64,000 nucleotides of DNA from positions 21,100,334 through 21,164,333 of the forward strand of contig NC_092633.1 of NCBI RefSeq assembly GCF_039555335.1, given 5' to 3'. Origin of the DNA: Amphiura filiformis. Taxonomy: Eukaryota. Position numbers and translations under genes: made by a program. Below are positions 1 through 12,844 of the stretch, piece by piece. The notes beneath the pieces are model-generated. The model was not told where the DNA came from and searched no databases. It saw only the letters and a list, made by a program, of their open reading frames with translations. Numbering within the stretch: the stretch's first letter is position 1; each line of letters starts with the position of its first letter.

Positions 1-69
1 TATGATTGCAGACATACACAGGTGATGAGTGTAACCTGCTTGTAGTGCATCGCGATATGTTCAAAATTG

Positions 70-115
70 TTTTCGCCTATTGCTATGGTAATTAATCCGA
101 TTAATTACGTAACTT
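70..115. mobile_element. Solo TIR-like fragment of the 52-bp-TIR MITE family (compare 11391-11711), truncated near the window edge
   Basis: The sequence attgctatggtaattaatcc matches the right TIR of the element at 11659-11711. No partner TIR is visible inside the window. Confidence 0.3.
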
Positions 116-870
116 CGCCAGCGTATTGATTTGTAATATGGTAACATTCTTATGTAGACAATAAAAACATTGCAGCATTATGTATGACTCTTTTCTTATA
201 TTCAAGATGTTGAAGTATCATTACATTTCCCGTTTATTACTCATATTTCACTATTATATAAAAGCAGCTAAGATAGCCTACAAGGACAATCAAGCAGATA
301 TTGCCCCAATCTGTGTAAACTGAAGCGCTCTTTAATAATATGGTATTATCCATTGAAGGAAACTAAACCGTATGAAGGGCAATAGATACTTTCAAGTAAT
401 TCCATAAATAGGTAATAGTAATGGATTTATGCATTATATACACTTCCATGATTTCAAAGTGTCATACTTAGATGAGTCACATCCTATCTTTATATACATT
501 TGATCATCATACTTATTTGGTTAATTAACTTACAAAAGCCGTAAACCTTTTTATCACTAACCGGCCATGTAAGGTGCATAAAAAATGAGTTAATATGTGC
601 ATATAGGCATATTAAATAGTAGCCTAGCTCACCAACTTGGTGCCAAGTCGGATTTTTTTTGGTTAACCTATATTTCAACATTATGCAATCTAGTACAAGT
701 GTCAGGTAATGCAATCCATTCTGCAACATTGATAGAAGTGTGTTTACATTTTTGCTATTCAAGGCGCATCTGTGGATACAAAGAATACATCTATTATGTG
801 ATTCAGTTGAAGAATAGCGTGTTTATTTGATCTGGTATTTTCATCTCTCTCTCTTACTTTCTTTTTATTT

Positions 871-997
871 CCATTCTTCCTCCATATCCCTTCTTCCTTT
901 CCACTCGTTTCTCTCTGCATCTTTCTTTTTATCTCCATTCAACCCTCCATATCCCTTCTTCCTTTCCACTCGTTTCTCTCTGCATCGTTCTTGCCCA
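871..997 (+). repeat. Two tandem copies of a ~63-bp CT-rich unit
   Basis: The unit ccattc..ccatatcccttcttcctttccactcgtttctctctgcatc is repeated head-to-tail at 871-934 and 935-997. Confidence 0.8.
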
Positions 998-1735
998 CTC
1001 ATATACTAAGTTTCAGTGGAACGGCTTTCGATAATTTCCTATTAACACACTAAAGGTTGGATTAAGTAAACACATATCATTACAGGCATCATTTACAGCG
1101 ACGGCAGTGTTCAGTACCTCCTTTAAACATAAATTGTATCTATTTATAGAAATAATGTTTAAAAAATAATTTATGTTGCTCTTTTTTTTCAATGAACCTG
1201 ATCTGCTTCATATTTAGTCTAACCAAACGTTACAACAGGTGATTCTATAATCATTAATGAACAGGTTTGCTATATGATGTGACAAATCAATACAGCAACA
1301 AGAAGAGAACAAGAATTGTTCATTTTGAATATCTGTTAGATAATCTACAGTACATCTTCTGTTTCAAGAATTTGCAAGTTGCAATAAATTCACCTGTCAA
1401 TCAAACCGTAAACTCGGTTATAATGCACTTTGTATTAACCTTCTGCACTACTAAAGCTACTATGAAATTGAAAACTTCTCATTAATGATATTTTTGGTTA
1501 TGCATTATGTAGAACAAATAACACTGTTGCTATTGAAGAGGTTCATTATAAATAACACTGTTTATGGCTGTAAAGTAACAGTAAGGCAAACTTAAAAATG
1601 TTGTTTTACTGGGTAGTACCAGGGATACTGAGTAGTACCAGGGAATGTTGCGTGGGTTTCAAAGAGGTTTTTCTTGCTTTTAAAAAGGATGACAGGGTAT
1701 TTAAAAATAAAATGTCAATATGATCTACACCCACA

Positions 1736-1800
1736 ATCATATAAATCCCCCGACATCAGCACCCTCCACCCCACACATACTACCACCGCCACAACAAAAT
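1736..1800. repeat. C/A-rich low-complexity patch (C-tracts, CACA, CCACC); macro-repeat landmark
   Basis: ccccgacatcagcaccctccaccccacacatactaccaccgccacaacaaa. Homologous patches occur at 12845-12962 and 25975-26050. Confidence 0.7.
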
Positions 1801-2309
1801 ACATAATATTCACAAACACCATTTTGTTTCATACTACTCGTCTTCTCGATCACTTATTTCTTCAGGCTGTGTACAAGTATGAGTAACTTACAACTTTAAT
1901 ACTAGCGTAGGCTTTCTATTAGCCTTTACACATACCAAACACAAAATGCAGACATGAGACCTTGTATAGAACAATGATATTGCTAAGAATTGTGTCCAGC
2001 ACTGAGAAAAACTCAATATCTAGCGTTTGTGGACACGATAAGAAGAAGAAGAAGAAGACCAACAAACACAAACACACATGATATTTTCTTATTCTTTTAA
2101 ATAGCCATTACATTTTTTTAAATGTAAAATAGGTTACTTTGGTTTACACGGAGAGAGCAATCAGAAATGTGGTCTATTAAGTAGGGAGGGATAAGTTGAC
2201 TAGATTAAGGAAAAGCACATACACCTGCTCATGAACACGCACAAACACACCCTACAATATTATAATCATGGATTGATAGAGTCAATGTGGGCTAAGTTTC
2301 TTTCTATTT

Positions 2310-2950
2310 CAGTGTCATTACGCAAGAACGTACAAAGTGATGTTAAAAGTAATACTTTCAGTTTAATAACGCAAAAGTTTACTAAGTGATGCTAAAAGTG
2401 ATGCTTTCAGTGTCAGTATGCAAAAGCTTACAAAGTGATGTTACATAAAAGTGATACTATTAGTGTGATTACGCAATAGGTTAAAAAGTGATGCTAAATG
2501 TGGTACTTTCAGGGTCATTATGCACAAGCTTACAAAGTGATGTTAAAAGTGGTATTTTCTTTGTAATTATGAAGGCTTACACACTGATACTAAAAGTGCT
2601 ATTTTCAGTGCCATTATGCAAATGAAAATTATTGATGCTTTCAGTGCAATTACTCAAAAAGGTTACAAAATGATGCTAAAAGTTATGCTTTCAGCGTCAT
2701 TATGCACAAGATTACAAAATGATGCTAAAAGTGGTGTTTTCTTTGTAATTGTGCATTATACTAATGCTAAAAGTGCTATTTTTAGTGTCATTATGCAAAA
2801 GCATATATATTGATGCTAAAAGTGCAACTTTCAGTTTAATTATGCAAAAGGCTTGCAAAGTGATGCTTAAAGTGATGCTTTCAGTGTCATTATGCAAAAG
2901 CTTACAAAGTGATGTTAAAAGTGATGCTTTCAGTGTCAATACATAAAGGC
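2310..2950 (+). repeat. 49-bp satellite array, about 13 units
   Basis: The unit is approximately gtgtcattatgcaaaagcttacaaagtgatgctaaaagtgatgctttca. The period of 49 was verified from gctttcagtg at 16112 and 16161 in the homologous array. Confidence 0.9.
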
Positions 2951-4190
2951 TTACACAAATTGATACCACAAGTCATCATGAGCTGACAGGTGTTAATGAA
3001 ATAGTAAGCTCGCAACCTCATACAAAGATCAAAAGGCAATAATACATGTATGATTGAATATTTTAGTGCAGGCAACCGTTCAAATTTCCTTGTCGTGTCT
3101 CGCCGAATATTGCCATTAGACTCAATATAAGGCGATATTCTTACAGGAGTTCGCATTTTTTTCTGACAATTCACCGTTTATTTTCCTAAATGTCTGTAAA
3201 AACACTTGACCATTTTGTGTGATTAATCACAAGCAGGACAAATACTACTTCATTTGGAAGTACTGTCTGCAATGATAAGGACTTTGGACGTCAATTTAAC
3301 GTTACGTTGCTATATTGATTTCTTATATATGGATGTGGTCAGTAGCCCGATATAATTTTTTTCTCTTTTATATTGAAAAACGGCTCAAGCTACATGCGTT
3401 ATATAAAAACCCTTTTAAATAATCGTGATGGTGTTAATATGATTTTAAGCAACATGTTTAGTGAAATGTAAGGAGACATTAATGTAAGGCATGTTAGGGT
3501 TACGATTGTTTCCCTAAATAACACTCTTCTTTATAGATAGGTTTATCTGTACTGTATACTTGACGATATTTTTCATCATATTATATTTCACCGCTTCTTT
3601 TCCACGTGTGTGGATTCATTACTCACGGGTTTGATTTTTAGCCAACACAAAAAAATAGCCATTGCGTTAGTTTAAAACCGGAGGGACTCAAAGTCGACCA
3701 AATTGTGCTTAACGAATGTTCCAAGCTATTTCAATATTTTGAATCATCACATAACTTTGTGTATACATCATGCTTTCAGGTTCCTACTGCTCCGACGTAC
3801 GTTTGTATTTTTACAGCAAAATCTCGGATTAAATTCGGTTAAAAATAACATATCTAAAATATGCACTACTTGTGTGCTTTGTTTCGTTATGTTATTTCTT
3901 ATATTCCTCCATACTCTTGGAGCTACTCAGCCCCAGGAATGCATCTGATCAATATTCTAAGCCTCATTGAGTGCCTTGGTAACCACTGAGAAGGCCTCCG
4001 GACATGCCTTAAGCATGCAAGCAAACTTACAAGTGGTCTTCAAAGTAGCCAATATACTCTGCATATTTTCACGTGTTTATTCAAGCAATTCAAACTTTCA
4101 AGCTCTTTCATGACGAACGTAAAGCATGATAAGGTTTCGTCATGGTATCTAGGCCTATAACGTCTGTATAAAATAAATTATATCAACATA

Positions 4191-6001
4191 CAGACTTGAC
4201 ATAAGTATGGGATAATTCTTCACGAAGTGCAAGGACTAATCTGAAAGGGGTCTGCATAAACCGCACGGGTTAAATATTTCATATTGGGGTGTGTCGGGAG
4301 ATGGTGGTGTCAAATAATTTTTTTATAGAAAATGTGCTTTCCATGACTACATTATGGTGCTCATAATGTAGTGAATTAGCCTAAAACGGCGGATTTAAGG
4401 AGACTGAATTTGAGTGGGAGAATTTTTAAATTTAACAAAATGGCTCTTAAAAGTAGTACGTACTCAGAAAGTTCAATCATAGAAGAAATTGGAACCCCTA
4501 AGGGTTCTTGGCCTTGTCTCGTATATGGAACCTCAAGGTTTCTTCCAAGGAACAGCGCCATCTACGTCTGCTACCAATAGGAGGCAACAGACGAGAAAGG
4601 TCAAAGCTGTTAGTAACTGGTCATATATGTGCGGAAGGAAGTACTTGTCACAATCCCTGTTGAGTGTTTCAAGCTACCCCTCTTTCTTATCCAAATTGAT
4701 TCCTTTATGTGTATTCTTTTCCTGCTGATTTTAATGTCTTATTTTGCTTCATCTCATTCAATTTGAGAAAGTGCTGTGTTACAGCACGGAACGTCATTGA
4801 GGTATGTCAATATCACCTATTTTTTATTATTTGTAAATAATTTCTCCAAAGAACCTTTGTTGAAGAACCCTATCACAAAGGTTCTTTAACATGTTTATTG
4901 AAGTCTAAAGGTTCTCCAATTTTGTCCAGTATATGGAACCCTACGGTTCATCAAAGAACCTTCATGATATCATGATATGGGTTCTTTGAATAACCCTATC
5001 AAAAAGGTTCTTTGTTGAACCTTTAAAGGTTCTTCTAGTTTGTCCCCATATATTGCACCCTATGATTCTTCAAAAAACCTTTGCAATAAGGTTCTTTGAA
5101 GTATGGTGACACGTACTCTAGAAATTGTCCTTAAAAGTACGGTCTTAAAGGTGAACGGCCAGAAAATTTTATATATTTGCTTGAAAATATAAAATCCGTG
5201 AAAATTTTATATATTTGCTTGAAAATATAGAATCCGTGGCTATTTAAAAATAGCGTTTTCCCTGCGTTTCAGTCGTATATGTAATACACTAGGAACCCTT
5301 TTCAAGTAAATTAGGGGTTCCTTGTGGAACTCAAAAGCCATAAAGAATCGTATTTTCACTGCGAGAACCCCATTGAGACTTCTAGCCTAGAGGTTCTTCA
5401 AGCGCACATGGTTCTTAAACGAATCCTATATCATTTTGAAGAACCCTTGAAGAACCCTTTTTCTAAGAGTGTTTGAATGGCCCCTAGGGGCAAATGTTAT
5501 AAACTTACTGTGCACAAAGAAACACGTGAGTTCATTGGACAACCAGAAATCCGCGCAGTTGTTTTTGTACCGTAAGTTTATAACATTTGACTTTTGACGC
5601 CGAGTACGTACCACGTTTAGGAAAAATATTTTAAGCTCCTCCCATTTAAAAGAAAATTGCGCATTGCAAGTACATTTCAGCTCTGATGAAAGCCAAAAAG
5701 GAAATATCACCTTAAACTCCAATGAATTTGATAATAACAATAACAATGTTGGATTAAGTCCGAAATTGTATCCCCCACAAAGATCAAATTCATTCCTTTA
5801 AATCCGCCATTTTAGGCAAATGCACTACATTTTGAGCACCATAATGTAATCTCATGGGGAAACACAATTTCTATAAAACAATTATTTTATACCATCTCCC
5901 GACACACCCCAATTAATATTAAGTCCGTGCGGTTTATGCTGACCCCTTCCAGATTAGTCTTGGCACTTCGTGAAGAAATAGTCCATACAATGTCAAGTCT
6001 G
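4191..6001. mobile_element. Foldback-type non-autonomous DNA transposon with ~245-bp terminal inverted repeats. Termini begin CAGACTTGAC (hAT-like CAG start, unproven).
   Basis: Left arm 4191-4435 is the reverse complement of right arm 5757-6001. The interior carries reiterated ggttct/agaacc sub-repeats and a 2x40-bp tandem repeat at 5161-5240. It is absent from the paralogous site in macro-repeat copy 2 (~17300, aataaattatgtagtttctgttcaag). Confidence 0.7.
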
Positions 6002-6394
6002 TAATGTACTTTCCGTTCAGTTCAAAACGAAACATTCGAGACATAATATTCCCCACACATGTCGCATTAAAAAAAAAATAAACACGTACTAATGAACTAG
6101 CCCCTACCAGCTAAACACTAAACTGTGTTTCATGTCAAGAGAAACAAATCATATTTCAAGAGTTGAATTGCTAAGGAGAAAAACGTGTTTTTGTGATTTT
6201 GCAATTCCCTTCGATTTGATTAATTTTGACTTGGGTTAAAGTTTCCATGGATAGAAACTAAAATAATAAGTTTGATGCAAATTTTCAGTCTTCAGTTTTA
6301 TTTTATTATTTCTTTTATTTCTTGGATTTTATGGATGTAAGCAGTTTTGCAATTCAACAAAATAACCACTTCTCTAGAAACCACCTTTGCAGTA

Positions 6395-7055
6395 CAATTT
6401 GATTCCAGCTTTGACGTCTACTTTATGCTTCTTGATCAATGCCTTTAAAATCAAAAGGGAAAATTGAAACTTGAAAATTGAAAAATTGAAAATTGAAAAC
6501 TTTAATTGACAAATTCCCGAAATTTCCCGAAAGGAAAAATAGCGATATCTCAGTAAGGGAAGGTGAAATGATAGTCAAACAAGCACCACAATGTGTATTG
6601 TGACCGACGTAATAACTCAATTTGATTCCAGCTTTGACGTCTACTTTATGCATCTTGATCAATGCCTTTAAAATCAAAAGAAAAAATTGAAAAATCTCAT
6701 TTTCTTTTTTAATTACGATTTTTTAATTAAATTCGTGAAAATGCCATTTTCCGTCATTTCAATAATCCAACTTTTGTTCATTAATTAATTAGTAATTCTT
6801 ACAATTATAATGGCCAAAAAAGTTCATTTTGATTTTAAACGTTAATGAACATTAAATGCTATCATAAAACTTCAAAACATTATAAGAAAAAATATTTTCT
6901 CTAGATTTTAGACAACTTTAATTGACATTTTCCAGAAATTCCCGAAATTTCCCGAAAGGGAAATAGCGATATCTCAGTAAAGGAAGGTGGTATAAAAGTC
7001 AAATAAGTACCAAAATATGTATTTTGACCGCCGTAATAACTCATTTTGACCAAAA
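6395..7055 (+). repeat. Local duplication of a ~223-bp unit with (GAAAATT)n and a tttcccgaaatttcccgaaagg motif; private to macro-repeat copy 1
   Basis: 6395-6462 repeats at 6618-6685 (caatttgattccagctttgacgtctactttatgc). 6502-6630 matches 6917-7050. The block 6130-7095 is missing from copy 2, where 17450 directly abuts the homolog of 7100. Confidence 0.6.
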
Positions 7056-8589
7056 GTGGACGTAAGCTGTTTTGCAAGTCAACTCTTCATGTATCCTATC
7101 TATGGCGGGCCATGGCGGTCATAAAAAAATTAGGTGCAAAAGGAGACGCGATCTCAAAGACGAGCATAACTTTTTCAGTCTTCTTCATATTTTGTCGACA
7201 TTTCTGAAACATAAATGGTTTAAGGGAATTCCTCCAATTTATCAATCATTTTAAGCAATTTATCAACCATTTTGGCCCTTGCCGAATATCTGAAATTGAT
7301 GTGACCCATCCTACAACCATGTCAAATTCTGACTTTTTGTATATTTAAACATAACTGTGAATTATATACAAGCAGTAAATAAGCTTTAAATGGCACCAAA
7401 TTTGCAGTTCTGTACCATAAAACCTATTTAATATTTATGAAGATGTGCTACAATTTGCTAAGAGTTATTTAAGTGTTAGTGTGATTTAAATTCTTAGATA
7501 TAAATAACTACATTTATTCTATTACGACCATGAAGAGGGATTAACAAAAGTCAAGATTCAATTGTTTGCTTTGTTCCATTAACTCTATATTATATTTTCT
7601 TTTATCTTAAATTGGATTTCATTACAAAACTACTAGGTCTACCAACATCACACTTGAATACTCGGATTAAACGATAAGTGAATTAATTAATAGTCCTTAA
7701 TTATTATTGGTTTAAGAAAAACAGAACAAACACATATACATCTTATAAGAAGACGCTGAGAAACATAAGAAATACATGATTCAATTAACTGATTTGAATA
7801 GCAAATATGACGAAAAATGTACATTTCAGATGTCATTCTGTTTTGACGCTCATTCATAATATAGTCATAGTAGATAACCCGGAAGTTGCACCTGTTACTT
7901 ATAAATTCGCGTAAAGTTTTGTACAATAAAGCCTTTGCCATATTGTGCACACATCAAAGAAGAGAATTCTCTGCCACCTGGCCATTGTTTTGACGTGGAC
8001 TTCATTCCAATGTTCAACGCTGGAGAAAAATAATATATCGCTGTAGGACTAAAGTAAACATGTTGTAGAATAAGGATTATTGTAAAACCTCTAGTAGGGT
8101 AAATATTCCGCAAAGGTAAAAGAAAAGGAAAAAGGGACAAGAAATGTTATAAATGGACACGTAGACGAGACATGCAAAATACATAAGGAAACAAACAGGA
8201 AGGAATTTCAGACGCGGATTAAGAAGTAAACTTTAGGAGACACACGGATATACTAGGCTTGGTTTATTGTGTAATGGTAAATGAATGGATAGTGACAATG
8301 CAGATAGGCAGGTGTTATAATACAGTTCCCTGTTGATGTGTACATGTATTACAGAGGTTCATCCCATTATTTCAAATGGGGTTATTCCAGATCTTTGAGA
8401 TCCTGAAACTGGATATTTATATTTATGACCAAAAAACGTAGTGGAATTAATATCATAATATGTCATGGTTTGATATTTTGACACTAGAAAGTCATACAAT
8501 GTTAAGATTTATGTCATCTTTCTAAAGCTTCACTAAAGAATGTTGTTGATTTGCGTTCACTGGAAATAACCTCAATGTAGTTCCATTTT

Positions 8590-9160
8590 GTTTTATTTAT
8601 TGACCAAATAGGTTTTGTCGTTGTTGGAATATGTAACTATTTTCTCATGCTAAGCGTAATTTAACACGTTCTTGTATAAATAATGTTTCCACAGGTTTTA
8701 TTTTTATTGTTGGTAACATTGGGTGACATTTCCGCCGCTGTATTCCAAATCGAGTTTTATTCAATGACGATTAAAAACAAAATGACCTATGATCATATTC
8801 TTTCATGTTCAAGAAATGAAAGACGGTTTGATGTTGTAATAGGTTACATCTAAGGCTTGACGCAATCACTTCTGAAGAAAATCCGCTACTCTGTTTCAAT
8901 TAGGTACTACATTTATACATATTAAGGTGTTCGAAACTTCTTACACAACACTTATGTCACACTGCCCCCATCGTTATCGTCTCATCAAGTACTAAGTGAG
9001 TGCATGGGTGTATTGAGTTCAATGTTTTCGGCGGTCGAGATGATCAGTATTCAGATTCAAAAAGAGTTTAGCTGATGTCGATAATTACGTACATGTACTT
9101 ATACTAACCTTTGCTTTCTTCTGCCAAGTACCAGTTAGTGTGTATGAGATCCCTGTAATA
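8590..9160 (+). repeat. About 570-bp dispersed repeat (copy 1 of 3)
   Basis: Homologous to 24110-24660 and 30110-30640, for example ctcatgctaagcgtaatttaacacgttcttgtataaataatgtttcc and gtactaagtgagtgcatgggtgtattgagtt. Confidence 0.6.
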
Positions 9161-9187
9161 GGATCTTTATTATGTTAGGGATGAAAT

Positions 9188-9310
9188 CAAAACTCGTCCT
9201 GTGGTCGACGGCCGGTTCCGTCCGCTTTGATCCGGTTTCTGTTGTTCTAAACAATGGAGCGCGGTTCAACCGCTGATAACTGCCGGTCAACCGGCCGTCG
9301 AGTTTTGATT
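9188..9310. repeat. GC-rich hairpin insertion (short palindromic element) in an otherwise AT-rich repeat
   Basis: atcaaaactcgtcctgtggtcgacggccggttc at 9190-9222 is the reverse complement of caaccggccgtcgagttttgat at 9285-9306. It is absent from the paralogs at 24660 and 30640. Confidence 0.5.
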
Positions 9311-9859
9311 GTATCGCTAACAGATTGAAATTAGATTTGCAGCATTAAAATAATTTCATCTATTTTATCAACAATATTTTCTCTGAATAATTTCCTTCAA
9401 ACATTCATTTGGCACTTACGTTTTATAGATTTTAAGCAGCCTCAGTTTTGGTTAAACCAAAGAGAGGTTGATAAGCTATTATATCATATTTACCAAGAAA
9501 ACAATAAACTATTCATTCAATTCGTAAAGAGCAAGATGTAGTAAACTATCGGTATAAACGACTTTGTTTTTAGTAGTACTCAAAAGTCAGACTTCACGTG
9601 ATAAAAGTCATTGCACTAACCTCGTCTGCCACCTGGTAAAAATAGAAACTTATTGAATATATACATCATTTGATTTCCAGGGGGCATGGGATTTGTTGTG
9701 AAAAAATAACTTCGACTAATAGTGAGCCGAAACAAAATCGCTCCACTGATGAGAAAAAATATTTCGCCGCCGTAATCCCACCACTGAGACCTTTTTGGAA
9801 TGAGGAACCAATTTAGGTCATTCATATCGGCTATTACAAACTTCTTCAAAAGCGTGGAA

Positions 9860-11020
9860 ATATCAGAAAAGAGGTGGTGTTCTCAATTACACGTATTCAG
9901 GCCAGTAAATATGGTGAATCCAGAGATTTACTAACTAGTCATATCTCGGTTTAATACAGCAAAGAGTAAGACGCCCAGACCATCTCATTTTGCTAATTTC
10001 AATATTGCTGGTGTGTTTTAAATATTACTAATGCATGTCACCGCTATTACAGGCTTTAATATAATAGGTATGATATCGTCTGCGATCGATATAACAGTGT
10101 AATAACATTACATATTTTTTAGAATAACTAAAAACAACCTCTTTTTAGCTCCTGAAGTCTTGTAACATTTCCGCTGTCACAATGTTATAAAAATTAATTT
10201 GGCCAGAATGAAAATGCACTTAAAAGCAAAGTAATAAAAAACCTATTGAAACTTGAAAAATAGACTCTTGACGGAAATGCAAACTGTATGAAATTTTAAA
10301 CGTAATTGCCTTGGGGTGATATCAATTTCAATATCTATCTAGACGTGAAGCTATGTCCAGAGCAAGGTCTCGTGTAGATAACTGAATATCGTGTGGGCAG
10401 CACATAAAGCTTCAATTGCTAAGAGACGCATCGACTTAACATCGATTTCGTTTATGGTGTTACAAAGTGGCGTGGTTTGGTTGTGACTTGGCAATTGGAG
10501 CAATAACAAGCATATGCTATTGGCCTCTGGCTATGTCATCATGTCCTAGTTACAGATAACCAATTATACAGGCCTCAGGATGTCAACAAACTACTCAATA
10601 GCAAAATTAACACTAGCGAAACATTGAACACCTTTTACATGGTTCATCAATACTAAATATATGAGCAGAAAAGAATTACATGAACTTATTTTAATGTTGT
10701 AAAATCAATTCTACTTGTTGTTACGCTTTATGAAAGACTTCGTGTTTATATTCACTCACGTAAGCGACCAAAGGTTCTTGGTACGTCTCTGGGATACCAC
10801 TGCACCATATGAGTATAGATATGATAACTTACAGCACTAATGAAAATACTTGTGACATACTCAAAATAACATTTTACATCGAGCTTTTAGATGATGGTAT
10901 CCTCATTATGGAAATTGGTATCGACTCCTCTTCCCACAAGATGTTGATTTAATATGCAGGTTGCTTGGTTCTATGGCTAATAAAGCAGTTGAGGACCCAC
11001 TCAACTTATAATTTGTCCCT
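9860..11020 (+). repeat. About 1.2-kb interspersed repeat family, class unknown (copy in macro-repeat 1)
   Basis: Homologous to 24890-25620, 35120-36545 and 41051-41760. Shared strings include ggtgttctcaatt, cttgaaaaatagactcttgacg and ggctatgtcatcatgtcctagttacagataac. Confidence 0.6.
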
Positions 11021-11390
11021 CCCAATTTATAATAGCCTTTCAGGATAGCCGTCTGATATTTCTCGTTTACTTGTTTGAGCCCTTATCGCGAAGTTGTAGC
11101 TCATCTCGGGGCTTCCTGGTTGATAACATAACATGGCCGGTTTAAGAAATATATAGAGGATTTTCTGGTTATCTGTGGATGTTTTTCATATATTATGGCT
11201 TTTACCGATCTTTTAAAAGAAACAATGCAGATTTACTTATTCTTTAAAGATACAGTTATATATGGCGCAGAGTCTATAAATAAACATCTACACTCCTCTT
11301 TATGAGCTAGCTTCGTGATATTGATGTGAGGCATTGATCACTCTATTCTATGGTTAATTTAAGGAACCTTTACTTTCTTTACATAGATCG

Positions 11391-11711
11391 GTAGAAGTAG
11401 TGATGTAACAGGTTTAATTACCATAGCAATGGGTTTACACTATTCTTTAATGTCCTGCACTATATGCAGGATGTACTAATCATCTGTGTATGTTTGCAAT
11501 GATAGATTGACTACGATACCGCTCTTTTCAAAGACATTAATCTTACAGGTGTTGGAGATCAGCATGATCTAATTCTAAATAATTACGATCCAGGTCTTTA
11601 TCCATGTACGGCATGAATGGCGTAACGCGACTTGCGCAGGCCAATACAATAAAAAAAAATAGTGTAAATCCATTGCTATGGTAATTAATCCTGTTACATC
11701 ACTACTTCTGC
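11391..11711. mobile_element. MITE, ~320 bp, with ~52-bp terminal inverted repeats
   Basis: gtagaagtagtgatgtaacaggtttaattaccatagcaatgggtttacactat at 11391-11443 is the reverse complement of 11659-11711. The internal region is shared with 59290-59400. Confidence 0.7.
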
Positions 11712-12844
11712 GACGAATTGATACTATTCCTTACATTGTTTTATTACTTACGCGTTATTAAAGCAGTATGCTATATAGTAGAATTTGTTATCCATTCTTG
11801 TTTCAGTACTGCTGCTTCAAATATTTTTGTTGTGCAGATAACCGTATTATATATAATATATACATACAGGTATTTCTCACATCTAAGTTCATTATTAATC
11901 CATAATTACTTCCTGTGAAGCCAAATTTGACAATATGTATACAAGGAAAGAAAAAGATAGAGATTTAATGGAACATTAAGAAAAAAGACAGAGTTCAGCA
12001 ATACATTCCGAACACATGCTGAACACATAATAATCACATGTGCCTGAAACTATTTATATAATAGCTATGGACAAATTGTGGGATATTTTTGTCACCTTCT
12101 TGCAATGACCTTACTTAATAATAACTCCAAAAATATGTAAAACCAACCTGCAGAAAGAAGGGTTTTGTGATGATTAGATCTAAAAAAGTGCTACAAAATA
12201 TTGGTTTTGAAATTGGTTTTCGAAATATGTTTACAAAACATGTCATTAAGACCTCGTTTTGGTCTTCCTAGTAACCATTTTTGTCTGATTTGGATTAAGT
12301 GCATGAACATATTTCATTGATATACAGGCATCATTTACAGCGACTGCAATGTGCATTACCTCCTTCAAACATAAACTGTATCGTCATAGAAATAATGATT
12401 TAAAAATAATTTGTGTTGATCTTTCTTCCCAATGAACCTGACCTGCTTCATATGTACTCTCTATTTGGTATAGTTGTGACAAATCAATAGAGCAACAATA
12501 TGAGTACAAGAATAGTTCGTTTCGAATATCTGTTAGATAATCTACTGTATGTCTGCTTCTATTTCAAGAATTTGCAAGTTGAAGAAATTCACCTGTCAGT
12601 CAGGCCGCAAACTCGGTTGCATTTTGTATTAACCTTCTGCACTACTAAAGCAACTATGAAATTGAAAACTTCTCTTTAAGGATATCTTTATTTATGCATT
12701 ATGTAAAACAATTAATTAATCTTACAAATGTGGTTTAACGCGTATTATACTGACAAATACTGAGTGGTACCAGAAAATATCGCGTGGATTTTCAAAGAGG
12801 AATTTTTTGCTGTCAGTATGTACAGCTATACAAAGGACAGACAC

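Larger units (their letters stand above)
1067..11020 (+). repeat. Macro-repeat (higher-order tandem repeat) copy 1, about 10 kb
   Basis: Colinear homology with 12299-25620, for example 1067-1500 vs 12299-12700, 1800-2100 vs 12960-13200, 2945-4085 vs 16240-17300, 7100-7700 vs 17450-18700 and 8590-9160 vs 24110-24660. Private content includes the foldback element 4191-6001 and the block 6130-7095. Confidence 0.6.

Noticed and set aside
2616-3174. Several 65-90-aa ORFs on both strands within and next to the 49-bp satellite (a similar set lies at 13906-14124 and 16186-16437)
   Set aside because: These are periodic translation artefacts of a tandem repeat. They recur with the repeat and have no start or stop context or codon bias.
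6423-6677. 84-aa minus-strand ORF
   Set aside because: It lies across the ~223-bp local duplication and the (GAAAATT)n microsatellite. It is a repeat translation and not a gene.
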